Shown in pieces: positions 39,098-48,006 of a DNA stretch of 59,278 nt (positions are counted from its first letter, which is position 1; each line of letters opens with the position of its first letter). Where the stretch lies: the NCBI GenBank assembly GCA_018607365.1, contig JABBBT010000033.1, positions 1 through 59,278 of the forward strand, in the 5' to 3' direction. The position numbers and the translations under genes were made by a program. Source of the DNA: SAR86 cluster bacterium (GTDB lineage Bacteria; Pseudomonadota; Gammaproteobacteria; Magnimaribacterales; D2472). The notes beneath the pieces are model-generated. The model was not told the origin of the DNA. It ran no database searches and saw only the letters and a program-made list of their open reading frames with translations.

Positions 39098-39180
39098 AAT
39101 AGTCCTCCTTTATAAGCGACTGTTAGTAGCACCCCGAAGGCATGCTTATTAAAATATGGAAACCCAAATGGCATTTCCTT
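39098..39180 (-). promoter_or_regulatory. ROSE-like RNA thermometer 5'UTR
   Basis: Minus-strand hairpins GGAAATGCC..GGGTTTCC, AGCATGCC-TTCG-GGGTGCT and AGTCGCT-tata-AAGGAGGACT (UCGCU opposite the SD). Confidence 0.75.
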
Positions 39181-39190
39181 ACAACTAAGT

Positions 39191-39215
39191 TATGGTCATT
39201 TATACTTTTTACAAG
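39191..39215 (-). promoter_or_regulatory. Sigma32 (RpoH)-like promoter of hsp20
   Basis: CTTGTA-13 nt-ACCATA on the minus strand. Confidence 0.7.
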
Positions 39216-39288
39216 TGCATTCGGACTAGTTTCTTTATTCTGCTAAAATATTAGTGAAACTTTAATGAATAACTTTGGTCAAACCTAT

Positions 39289-39693
39289 ATGAATAAAATA
39301 TTACTAACTCTTGCATCTATGTTACTTTTGCCAGCATTAATTTCAGAAGAAACTAAAATACAAAAACCGGCTCTAGGAGATATTTGGCAGTTAGAAACTA
39401 GAAGTAGTAGATTATCTAATTCTGGTAGTGAGGTTTTATATTATTTACCAAGCGATGCATATAATACTTACAGAGCGAGAAAATTTAATGACTGGGATGA
39501 ATTTTCAGTTGTAGATTCTCGTGATATTGAAAAACTTAATACTGGATATAAAATACAACTCATAGAATCAAAATTTAATTCTAAAATTTATAAAGTTAAG
39601 TTGCTTGATGGTATGAATAAAAATAGAAACTACTTTATGATCGCAGAAGAGCTGGAACGTAATTATAAACTTATGGAGAATGTCGATGAATAA
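39289..39693 (+). CDS. Hypothetical exported protein (alternative start 39265)
   Basis: MNKILLTLASMLLLPALIS signal-like N-terminus. Confidence 0.7.
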   Translation: MNKILLTLASMLLLPALISEETKIQKPALGDIWQLETRSSRLSNSGSEVLYYLPSDAYNTYRARKFNDWDEFSVVDSRDIEKLNTGYKIQLIESKFNSKIYKVKLLDGMNKNRNYFMIAEELERNYKLMENVDE

Positions 39694-40147
39694 AAACATA
39701 CTAACCCTATTGATGATTTCATTATTTGCAGCCAGTTGTGTAAATACCTCTTATGCCCCTGATGTTGTTTCAAGAGGTGATGCACAAAAACAACAGTACG
39801 TTGTTTTGGGTAAGGTTATAGATATAACTGAAGTGGTTATCGAAGGTGATAGACAAAAAGGAGCAGTTGCTGGTGCTCTAATTGGTGGTGTTGCTGGAAA
39901 GGGAGTAACAGAATCAGAGACTGAATCTGATATAGCTTCGTTAATTGGTGGCCTGATTGGGTCTGCGGCGGGCGCAGAAATAGGCTCTAAAATAACAAAA
40001 AAAAATGCAATCGAATTGCTTATAGAAACAGATGCTGGAAAGCTTATATCCATCATTCAAGAAACTAGTTCATATAATTTTTTAAAAAATCAAAAGGTAA
40101 GAATTATTAAACGAAATGGTAAATCAAGAGTCGTACCATTTGACTAA
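39680..40147 (+). CDS. Glycine-zipper outer membrane lipoprotein (SlyB-like)
   Basis: Lipobox AASC; GAVAGALIGGVAG and GGLIGSAAG zippers. Confidence 0.88.
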   Translation: MSMNKNILTLLMISLFAASCVNTSYAPDVVSRGDAQKQQYVVLGKVIDITEVVIEGDRQKGAVAGALIGGVAGKGVTESETESDIASLIGGLIGSAAGAEIGSKITKKNAIELLIETDAGKLISIIQETSSYNFLKNQKVRIIKRNGKSRVVPFD

Positions 40148-40588
40148 ATGACTTTAGAAATAGAATCAAATATTTATAACAAAGCTCTGGATATTATCTC
40201 AAGAAGGGAGCATTCTGAAAAAGAGCTAGAAAATAAACTTTTAAAAAAATTTGAGTTCCCTGATGAAATCTATTCGGTTATTGAAAGGCTAAAAATAAAT
40301 AACCTTGTTAACAATGAGCGCTATGCAGAAATGTATGCTCGTATAAGAAAAAGAAAAGGTTTTGGACCAAAGAGGATTGGTTATGAGCTATCTAGCAGGG
40401 GTATAAATGATTCCATATCATCTGTAGCTCTTGATGAAGTTGGCGGTTGGAAGGGTGCGGCTCTAGATGCGTTTAATAAAAAGTATAGAGATGGTGTTGC
40501 TAGTGACTTTAAGAGTAGATCAAAGCAAAAAGTTTTTTTACAAAATAGGGGCTTTAGTTTTCAAGAAATTGACTCAGTTTTTAGCTAG
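40148..40588 (+). CDS. recX: Regulatory protein RecX
   Basis: SRREHSEKELENKL, GFGPKRIGYELSSRG, FLQNRGF. Confidence 0.9.
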   Translation: MTLEIESNIYNKALDIISRREHSEKELENKLLKKFEFPDEIYSVIERLKINNLVNNERYAEMYARIRKRKGFGPKRIGYELSSRGINDSISSVALDEVGGWKGAALDAFNKKYRDGVASDFKSRSKQKVFLQNRGFSFQEIDSVFS

Positions 40589-40609
40589 GTCATGTTATGA
40601 TTTATCGCT

Positions 40610-42229
40610 ATGTCCTATGAGGTTTTAGCAAGAAAATACAGACCAGCAAACTTTGAAGAAGTTGTTGGCCAAGAGCATATTGTTCAAGCCATATCTAACG
40701 GCATTTCTCAAGAAAGAATACATCAATCATATATTTTCTCTGGCACAAGAGGTGTTGGAAAAACGACTCTTGCAAGAATTTTAGCTAAATGTTTGAATTG
40801 CCTTTCTTTTGAAAATCCCACTTCAAAACCTTGTGATGAATGCACAAATTGTAATGAAATAAAATCAGGTCGAAATCTAGATTTCCTTGAAATTGATGCT
40901 GCTTCCAAGACTGGAATAGATGATATGAGAGATCTGTTAGAAACTGTTCCCCAGTCACCATCGAGTGGGAGATATAAAGTTTATTTAATAGACGAGGTGC
41001 ATATGCTATCTAAAAGTAGTTTTAATGCACTTTTAAAAACATTGGAAGAACCTCCTTCTCATGTTGTATTTATATTTGCGACAACAAATCCAGAAAAAAT
41101 ACCAAAAACAGTTCAATCAAGATGCCTGCAACTTAATCTCAAAACTGTTGGAGGATCAACTCTTACCAATCATCTTCAAAAAATTATTGAATTAGAAGAT
41201 ATTTCTTATGATCAAGAAAGTATTGAACTTATTGCATCTTCAGCATCTGGATCTGTTAGAGATGCCTTAACGCTTCTTGATCAGGCAATAGCCCATGGAA
41301 ATGGCATTCTAGATTCAAATAACGTTAATAAGTTATTAGGAACAATAGATAATACACTTTTGATTTCTTTGTTAGATTCTATTATTGATGGACGCGGCGA
41401 AGAAGCGTTTAATTATTTATATAAAATTGAAGAATTATCTCCAGAATATGAAGTAATTTTAAAGAATATTATTTCAATAATTCATCAAATATCACTGTAT
41501 CAGGTTCTAGGAGATTCAAAAGACCAATCAATACAAGCATTAGCCAATAAAATTGATGCTGAGTTTTGTCAATTACTGTATGAGATAGCTGTAAATGCGT
41601 ATTCAAAATTTAGCGTTCATCCCAATGGAAAAGAGGCACTAGAAATATGCATACTAAGAATGCTTGCTTTTAACCCACTTCATAAAATAGAAGAAAGCGG
41701 TGTCAAGACAGCCCCTATAGCTGGTGAAAAAAAAAATTTAAAAATTGATACTCTTAAAGTACAAAATATTAAAGAAGATAAAATAGAAAAAGATAGTCAT
41801 ATATCGCAAAATAAGATACCTAGTTCTTCAGGTAATCAGGCAGTAAAAATTACTACAAAAGATGAATGGATTATTTTTTTTAATACCTTAGATTTAAGTC
41901 CTTTTGCTAGAAATTATTTTGGATACTTATCTTTTAAGGAACTGTCTGGAAATATTCTGATTTTAAATACTAATGATGAAGAAAACAGTATTCCTGAGAA
42001 TGTTTTTAAAGAATTTAATTTGATCTGTAGAGAAAAACTAGAATGCGATATTGAGATAAAAATTGAGCATGGCGATACTTCATCATCGCCAATAAATTTA
42101 CATAATAAACAACAAGCTGACACCCAAAAAATTGCAGAAAAATCTATTTCTTCAAATCAATCGATTCAAAACTTTCTAAAAAAACATAATGGAAATATTG
42201 ATGAAGGCTCAATAAAGCCAAGAGGATAA
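40610..42229 (+). CDS. dnaX: DNA polymerase III subunit gamma/tau
   Basis: LARKYRP, GTRGVGKTT, zinc-binding Cys cluster, IDEVHML, SRC, GSVRDAL. Confidence 0.97.
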   Translation: MSYEVLARKYRPANFEEVVGQEHIVQAISNGISQERIHQSYIFSGTRGVGKTTLARILAKCLNCLSFENPTSKPCDECTNCNEIKSGRNLDFLEIDAASKTGIDDMRDLLETVPQSPSSGRYKVYLIDEVHMLSKSSFNALLKTLEEPPSHVVFIFATTNPEKIPKTVQSRCLQLNLKTVGGSTLTNHLQKIIELEDISYDQESIELIASSASGSVRDALTLLDQAIAHGNGILDSNNVNKLLGTIDNTLLISLLDSIIDGRGEEAFNYLYKIEELSPEYEVILKNIISIIHQISLYQVLGDSKDQSIQALANKIDAEFCQLLYEIAVNAYSKFSVHPNGKEALEICILRMLAFNPLHKIEESGVKTAPIAGEKKNLKIDTLKVQNIKEDKIEKDSHISQNKIPSSSGNQAVKITTKDEWIIFFNTLDLSPFARNYFGYLSFKELSGNILILNTNDEENSIPENVFKEFNLICREKLECDIEIKIEHGDTSSSPINLHNKQQADTQKIAEKSISSNQSIQNFLKKHNGNIDEGSIKPRG

Positions 42230-42230
42230 A

Positions 42231-42827
42231 ATGCATCAAGACTTATTAAATGACCTAATTAATGCTCTAACCATTCTTCCTGGTGTTGGTAAAAAGTCTG
42301 CTCAAAGAATGGCATTATATTTGCTCGATAAAAACAAAGATGGAGCAAGTATTCTTGCCAAGACGATGCAGGAGGCTGTAGAAGAAATTAGCAGGTGTAA
42401 TAGATGTAGAATGCTTACGTCTAATGACTTATGTAAAATATGTGCAGATACTTCTCGTGATGAGGACAATATATGTGTTGTTGAAAGCCCCTCAGATGTT
42501 CTTGCAATAGAATCAACAGGAGGTTTTAGAGGTAAGTATTTTGTTTTACTTGGAAGACTTTCTCCTATAGAAGGAGTTAGTCCTGAAGACCTAGGCATTA
42601 ATGATTTTCTAAATTTAATTGCTAAAGAGCAAACAAATGAGGTAATCCTTGCAACAAGCTCTACAGTTGAGGGGGATGCAACCGCAATGTTTATAAAAGA
42701 TCATATCAATAATATAAAAGTTTCTAGGATATCTTATGGTATTCCTATAGGTGGAGAGTTAGAGTACGTTGATGGAAATACTATTGCTAGGGCAATTCAA
42801 GGGAGAACAGAAATAAATGACGATTAA
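42231..42827 (+). CDS. recR: Recombination mediator RecR
   Basis: [12 protein letters not shown]4 zinc finger, [22 protein letters not shown]. Confidence 0.96.
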   Translation: MHQDLLNDLINALTILPGVGKKSAQRMALYLLDKNKDGASILAKTMQEAVEEISRCNRCRMLTSNDLCKICADTSRDEDNICVVESPSDVLAIESTGGFRGKYFVLLGRLSPIEGVSPEDLGINDFLNLIAKEQTNEVILATSSTVEGDATAMFIKDHINNIKVSRISYGIPIGGELEYVDGNTIARAIQGRTEINDD

Positions 42828-43386
42828 ATCAGATAAGTGGATTACCAAAATGTCTGCTGAGTATAAAATGATAGAGCCTTTCTCAAAAAATCAAGTAAGG
42901 CTTGATGAGAATGACCAAAAACTTATTTCATATGGAGTTTCTAGTTACGGATATGACGTCAGATGCTCCAGCGAGTTTAAGGTTTTCACAAATATACATT
43001 CAGCTGTTGTTGATCCAAAATTCTTTGACGAAAAAAGCTTTGTAGATATCCAATCCGATGTATGCGTTATTCCACCAAACTCTTTTGCATTAGCAAGAAC
43101 CGTTGAGTATTTTAGAATACCTAGAAACGTGCTCACCATATGCCTTGGGAAATCTACTTATGCAAGATGTGGAATTATTGTAAATGTAACTCCTCTTGAA
43201 CCTGAATGGGAAGGACATGTAACTCTTGAATTCTCAAATACAACCAATTTGCCTGCTAAGATTTATGCAGGTGAGGGCGTGGCCCAAATGTTATTTTTTG
43301 AATCAGATGAAGAGTGCGAAACAAGTTACAAAGATAGAGATGGTAAGTACCAAGGCCAAACTGGCGTTACATTACCCAAAACTTAA
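42817..43386 (+). CDS. dcd: dCTP deaminase
   Basis: [35 protein letters not shown]. Confidence 0.96.
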   Translation: MTIKSDKWITKMSAEYKMIEPFSKNQVRLDENDQKLISYGVSSYGYDVRCSSEFKVFTNIHSAVVDPKFFDEKSFVDIQSDVCVIPPNSFALARTVEYFRIPRNVLTICLGKSTYARCGIIVNVTPLEPEWEGHVTLEFSNTTNLPAKIYAGEGVAQMLFFESDEECETSYKDRDGKYQGQTGVTLPKT

Positions 43387-44055
43387 TATTTCTATAAGTT
43401 CTAAGGTTTGATTTCTATCTTTTCCCGTATCCACTATCTTAAGAAACATAAAATTTAAATCTGGTGCGATGTAATAGATTGTTTCTCTATCGTCTGTTTT
43501 TCTTATCCTCTTTAAAATAATACATTCGTAATCGGTCTCATTAAAAGTATAAATATCTTTTCCTGTCACCTCATAAAAATTTTTTTCTACTTTACCCGAT
43601 TCTATTTCTAGAAGATTTATGGAAAACTTATCAAGACCAGATATTAGGTTAATCCTGATCTTAATTTGAGCATTTAATGGATCAAGTATCTCTTTATTTA
43701 TATCAAATTCTTCTTGCCACTCTTCTCTTCCAGTTGATTGAATAGTATTACCTGCATAATCAAATACAATATCTTGATCTCTATTAACAAAACGAGGTTT
43801 TACTCTAATTGTATAGCTGTTAGTTTTTAGAATCCCCTCATTAATATTAAATTCTGAACCAATCATCATGCTTGCTAGCAAGTTTTTAGCTTTGAAATTT
43901 AATGAATATTTACCATCATTTATTTCAAGCTTTCTAATTCCCTTGATTGAAATCTCATCTGATGTATAAAAATATTTAGCAGAGTATTCATTGATTGATT
44001 CTGCGTTCATATTAAAAAAAGTAAAAATTAATAAAAAGATTAAATTAAATTTCAT
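43372..44055 (-). CDS. Exported protein, DUF3108-like
   Basis: Signal peptide, [13 protein letters not shown]; position after purN. Confidence 0.7.
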   Translation of the reverse strand: MKFNLIFLLIFTFFNMNAESINEYSAKYFYTSDEISIKGIRKLEINDGKYSLNFKAKNLLASMMIGSEFNINEGILKTNSYTIRVKPRFVNRDQDIVFDYAGNTIQSTGREEWQEEFDINKEILDPLNAQIKIRINLISGLDKFSINLLEIESGKVEKNFYEVTGKDIYTFNETDYECIILKRIRKTDDRETIYYIAPDLNFMFLKIVDTGKDRNQTLELIEILSFG

Positions 44056-44692
44056 AAGAATTACAAATATATCCTCTTGGATGACTATTATTTTTAAAAT
44101 TCACATTACCATTTTCCATATATATATCATTTTTACAGATAAGGTTTATTATTTTAGGATAAATAATATGCTCAACCTGATGGATTCTATTAATTAATTC
44201 TTCGATATCTGCATGGGCATTAACATCAATTCTTCCTTGAGCAATTATAGGGCCAGCGTCCAACTGTGATGAGACATAATGTATCGTAACGCCATGAATT
44301 ATATCTTGATTTTTTACCACCTTGCTATGAGTATTCAATCCTGGATATTTTGGCAAAAGAGATGGATGTATATTTATTATTTTTCCATAGAAATGATCTG
44401 CTGTTTTCTTACTAAGTATTTTCATAAAGCCAGCCAATACAATCAAATCAGCTTCGATTTCCATTAAGGAGCTAAATAGTGTTTTATCAAATTCTTCTCT
44501 GGAATTAAAAGAGTCATCACTAATTATTTTTGTTGTTATGCCTGCTTTCATAGCTCGTTGAATGCCATAGGCATTTTCTTTATTGCTAATAACACTTACT
44601 ATTTCGCCATCAATATTGCCAGATTTACACGAATCGATAATGGCCTGTAAGTTAGAACCGTTACCAGAGATCAAAATAATAATTTTTTTCAT
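44045..44692 (-). CDS. purN: Phosphoribosylglycinamide formyltransferase
   Basis: SGNGSNLQA, LAGFMKIL, INIHPSLLP, LDAGPII. Confidence 0.96.
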   Translation of the reverse strand: MKKIIILISGNGSNLQAIIDSCKSGNIDGEIVSVISNKENAYGIQRAMKAGITTKIISDDSFNSREEFDKTLFSSLMEIEADLIVLAGFMKILSKKTADHFYGKIINIHPSLLPKYPGLNTHSKVVKNQDIIHGVTIHYVSSQLDAGPIIAQGRIDVNAHADIEELINRIHQVEHIIYPKIINLICKNDIYMENGNVNFKNNSHPRGYICNSYEI

Positions 44693-44695
44693 TAT

Positions 44696-45730
44696 TTAAA
44701 GGTATTTAACAGGATAATCGGTATTTTTTTTAACGACCTCACCAATTATAAAGTTTTTATACCCATGATCACTAATATCTTTTTGAATAGAATCCACATC
44801 ATCTCTATTTACAATCAAAACCATACCGATACCACAATTGAAAACTCTATACATGTCTTCCTCTTTAAGATTTCCCTTTTCTTGCAGCCATAAAAATATC
44901 TCAGGCATTTCCCATGCATTTTTATTTATTGTTACAGAAAAATCTTTTGGTATGGATCTGGGAATATTTTCTGTTAAGCCGCCACCGGTTATATGAGCCA
45001 TCCCATTAATATTATGATCTGCTAGTATCTTCATTATTAAAAAAGGGTATAGATGTGTTGGCTTAAGAGCCATTTCTGTAATTTTATTAAATTCTTTATT
45101 ATTTAAATTAGATTCACTTATTATTTTTCTTATTAATGAAAACCCATTAGAGTGCGGGCCGCTGGATTCAATTCCTATAAGGATATTCCCAGAATCTATC
45201 AATTTATTTGTTAAGATATTTTTCTCATCAACACACCCAACAGAAAAACCGGCTAAATCAAAGTTATTACCAACGTAATGACCAGGCATTTCAGCAGTTT
45301 CTCCACCTAAAAGTGCACACCCTGAATCACGACAGGCTTTTGCAATACTTTTAATAATTACAGCAGCTTCTTCAACGTCAAGCTTTGATGATGCAAAATA
45401 GTCTAAAAAAAATAGAGGCTTTGCACCACATACAATAAGATCATTTACACACATCGCAACTAGATCTTGGCCAATATAGCTTAGATTCTTTGTTTCTTGA
45501 GCAAGAGCTACCTTGGTCCCAACACCATCTGTGCATGCTACCAAAACAGGATTTTCATAATCTTTATCAAGCTTAAACATACCAGCAAAGCCACCAATGT
45601 TACCTAAGACATTTGGACCATGAGAAGATGCAACATCATCCTTAATTTTGTCAACCAAATTATTGCCAGCCTCAATATCAACACCTGCAGATTTATAAGG
45701 ATCATTATTATCTATAATTTCTTTTGTCAT
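44696..45730 (-). CDS. purM: Phosphoribosylformylglycinamidine cyclo-ligase
   Basis: YKSAGVD, TDGVGTK, GGETAEMP, HSNGFS, HITGGG, FNCGIG. Confidence 0.97.
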   Translation of the reverse strand: MTKEIIDNNDPYKSAGVDIEAGNNLVDKIKDDVASSHGPNVLGNIGGFAGMFKLDKDYENPVLVACTDGVGTKVALAQETKNLSYIGQDLVAMCVNDLIVCGAKPLFFLDYFASSKLDVEEAAVIIKSIAKACRDSGCALLGGETAEMPGHYVGNNFDLAGFSVGCVDEKNILTNKLIDSGNILIGIESSGPHSNGFSLIRKIISESNLNNKEFNKITEMALKPTHLYPFLIMKILADHNINGMAHITGGGLTENIPRSIPKDFSVTINKNAWEMPEIFLWLQEKGNLKEEDMYRVFNCGIGMVLIVNRDDVDSIQKDISDHGYKNFIIGEVVKKNTDYPVKYL

Positions 45731-45744
45731 TTAGAATACCTAAT

Positions 45745-46779
45745 GTGAATCAATCGAAAAGCAAATTGCCTAAACATTTATTAGTAATCTTTATTATCTT
45801 TTCTAATTTCTCCTTTGGGAAGGAATTTAATGAACTTTTTACTGTTTATGAGCCTATTAAGGAATCTTCACAAATTGAAAAATCAATTAATTCCTCATTT
45901 AATAATATGGTTTATAGACTAAGTGGATCATCATCCCCATCAAATGTATGGAAAATTATAAATTCGGGTGTAAAAAGAAAAGACCTTATTCTTAGCTACT
46001 CTATAAAAAAGATTGATAATCAATCATATTTACAAGTCGTATTTGACCAAAAAAAGTTTATAAATCAGCTAGCAGCATTGTCTATACCAATAGTTAACTA
46101 CTCAAGGCCTGTTTTATTTTTTTTAATAGAAGTTGATTCGGGCTCAAAACGCCCATATTTTTTAACTGATACTACTGAGCTTAGTGAGATAGACAAAGTA
46201 ATCATAGAATCACTTAACAAGTTTTCTACCAATAGAGGGATATTTTTAGAGCTACCAGTATTTGATCTGCAAGACACACAAGACCTATCTTCATTAACGA
46301 TCTTATCTAATCCTGTTAATAGAATTTCATCTAAATATAATTTTGATCAACTGATAAAAATAAAATTTACAAAAAGTGGAATTAATAATTGGTATGCTTC
46401 TGGTGATTTAGAATACTCAACATCATCTGAAAATTCTACCGATGAAATCTTAGCAGTTTTTGATAAATACTTGAGCGAATTAATAGACTCTAATTTAAGT
46501 AAACTAAACATCAAGCCTGAAAAAAAATCTTCATTAGATATTTTCATAAATGATGTTTATTCATATGAGGATTACATTAATTCAAGGGATAGGCTCAATA
46601 AAACTATTGGTATATCATCAATTGATATTATGAGTTTTCAGAATAATACAATCGCATACAAGGCAAACACTATTGGTAATTTAGATAATCTTATCAATGA
46701 GTTTGAGGATAGTAATTATTTTAAAATCCTTAATCTAGATAAAAATAAAAAATTAATTTTTTTAAAGCATCAAAGATGA
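45745..46779 (+). CDS. Exported protein, DUF2066-like (start uncertain: GTG 45745 or TTG 45766)
   Basis: Signal-like segment, VYRLSG, RPVL, RGIFLELPVFDLQD; divergent from purM as is usual for this family. Confidence 0.7.
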   Translation: MNQSKSKLPKHLLVIFIIFSNFSFGKEFNELFTVYEPIKESSQIEKSINSSFNNMVYRLSGSSSPSNVWKIINSGVKRKDLILSYSIKKIDNQSYLQVVFDQKKFINQLAALSIPIVNYSRPVLFFLIEVDSGSKRPYFLTDTTELSEIDKVIIESLNKFSTNRGIFLELPVFDLQDTQDLSSLTILSNPVNRISSKYNFDQLIKIKFTKSGINNWYASGDLEYSTSSENSTDEILAVFDKYLSELIDSNLSKLNIKPEKKSSLDIFINDVYSYEDYINSRDRLNKTIGISSIDIMSFQNNTIAYKANTIGNLDNLINEFEDSNYFKILNLDKNKKLIFLKHQR

Positions 46780-47327
46780 GCAAATACTTCATATTTATAC
46801 CGAACCTCTTATCCCTTCTAAGGATTGGTTTAGTCTATCCAATTTTGAACAACATCTTTCTAGGTGAGTTTGTTATTAGTTTTATTTATTTCATGGTTGC
46901 AGCTTTTACAGATGCTTTAGATGGGTTCCTTGCTAGAAAAATGCATTGGCAAACTTATCTTGGAACTATTCTAGACCCAGTAGCTGACAAGTTACTTCTT
47001 TCAGGTACTATTTTTATATTGTGGCTCAATGAATATATTCCTCTTTATATTTTTATTATTTTTTTTGGAAGAGACCTTGTTATTCTCCTCGGTGCAGCAG
47101 TTCATATGACGTTAATTGAAACTGAAACGCCTTCACCAAATATTTTAGGAAAAATTACAACCACTCTTCAGGTCATTTATATTCTTTTAGTCATGCTCTT
47201 ACAGATACTTCAATATAATATTTCTTTGATTGGATTAGATATTTTTATAATTTTAATAACTATTTTAAGCCTTATTGTTTACTCTAAAGACTGGTTCATC
47301 AGCCTTAATAAATACCATAATGAGTAA
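46776..47327 (+). CDS. CDP-alcohol phosphatidyltransferase
   Basis: IPNLLSLLR, TDALDGFLAR...GTILDPVADK. Confidence 0.92.
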   Translation: MSKYFIFIPNLLSLLRIGLVYPILNNIFLGEFVISFIYFMVAAFTDALDGFLARKMHWQTYLGTILDPVADKLLLSGTIFILWLNEYIPLYIFIIFFGRDLVILLGAAVHMTLIETETPSPNILGKITTTLQVIYILLVMLLQILQYNISLIGLDIFIILITILSLIVYSKDWFISLNKYHNE

Positions 47328-48006
47328 CCCCAAACAATTAACATTTCCATGGAATAAATCCTTTCATTCTTCTTTTGAAAGTTTCTATGTTGATCCTCAA
47401 AATGAGCAACTAATATCAAGTCTTAAAAATATTTCGATAAATGAAAATATTTATATTTATGGTTTAAAAAATTCTGGGAAGACTTACTTACTCCAATCAC
47501 TGTGCAATGAATACAGTAAGAGTAATAAATCTTCATTATTTTTACCCTTAATAGATGTTATTAAGCATGGAATTGAAATTATTGATTCTATTGAAAATAT
47601 GGATTTAGTTTGCATTGATGGGTTAGAAATCATTTCTCACAACAAAGAGTGGGAGGTTGGACTGTTTAATTTAATTAACAATGCTCTTCAGACAGGCTGT
47701 AGGCTTGTTTTTACTTCATCAAGTGAAGAGGGCAAAATTAATTTTTCTTTGGCTGATCTTGATTCAAGAATTAGAAAATTTCAAAGCTATGAAATTTTTT
47801 CTATAAGTGACGAGCATCTTTTCAAAGCATTAAAAAAAATATCGAATCTTAGGTCTATAACTCTTGGTGAGAAGGAAGCTCAGTATTTAATTACATATAC
47901 CAAAAGAAATATAGCCGATCTTGTTAACATCCTTGAGAGCCTCGATCAGCTATCAATAGAAAATAAAAGGAGGATCACCATCCCCCTTATAAAAGAATTA
48001 CTCTAG
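47320..48006 (+). CDS. hda: DnaA regulatory inactivator Hda
   Basis: Clamp-binding QLTF at the N-terminus, GKTYLLQ, WEVGLFNLIN, LADLDSR, ITIP. Confidence 0.9.
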   Translation: MSNPKQLTFPWNKSFHSSFESFYVDPQNEQLISSLKNISINENIYIYGLKNSGKTYLLQSLCNEYSKSNKSSLFLPLIDVIKHGIEIIDSIENMDLVCIDGLEIISHNKEWEVGLFNLINNALQTGCRLVFTSSSEEGKINFSLADLDSRIRKFQSYEIFSISDEHLFKALKKISNLRSITLGEKEAQYLITYTKRNIADLVNILESLDQLSIENKRRITIPLIKELL

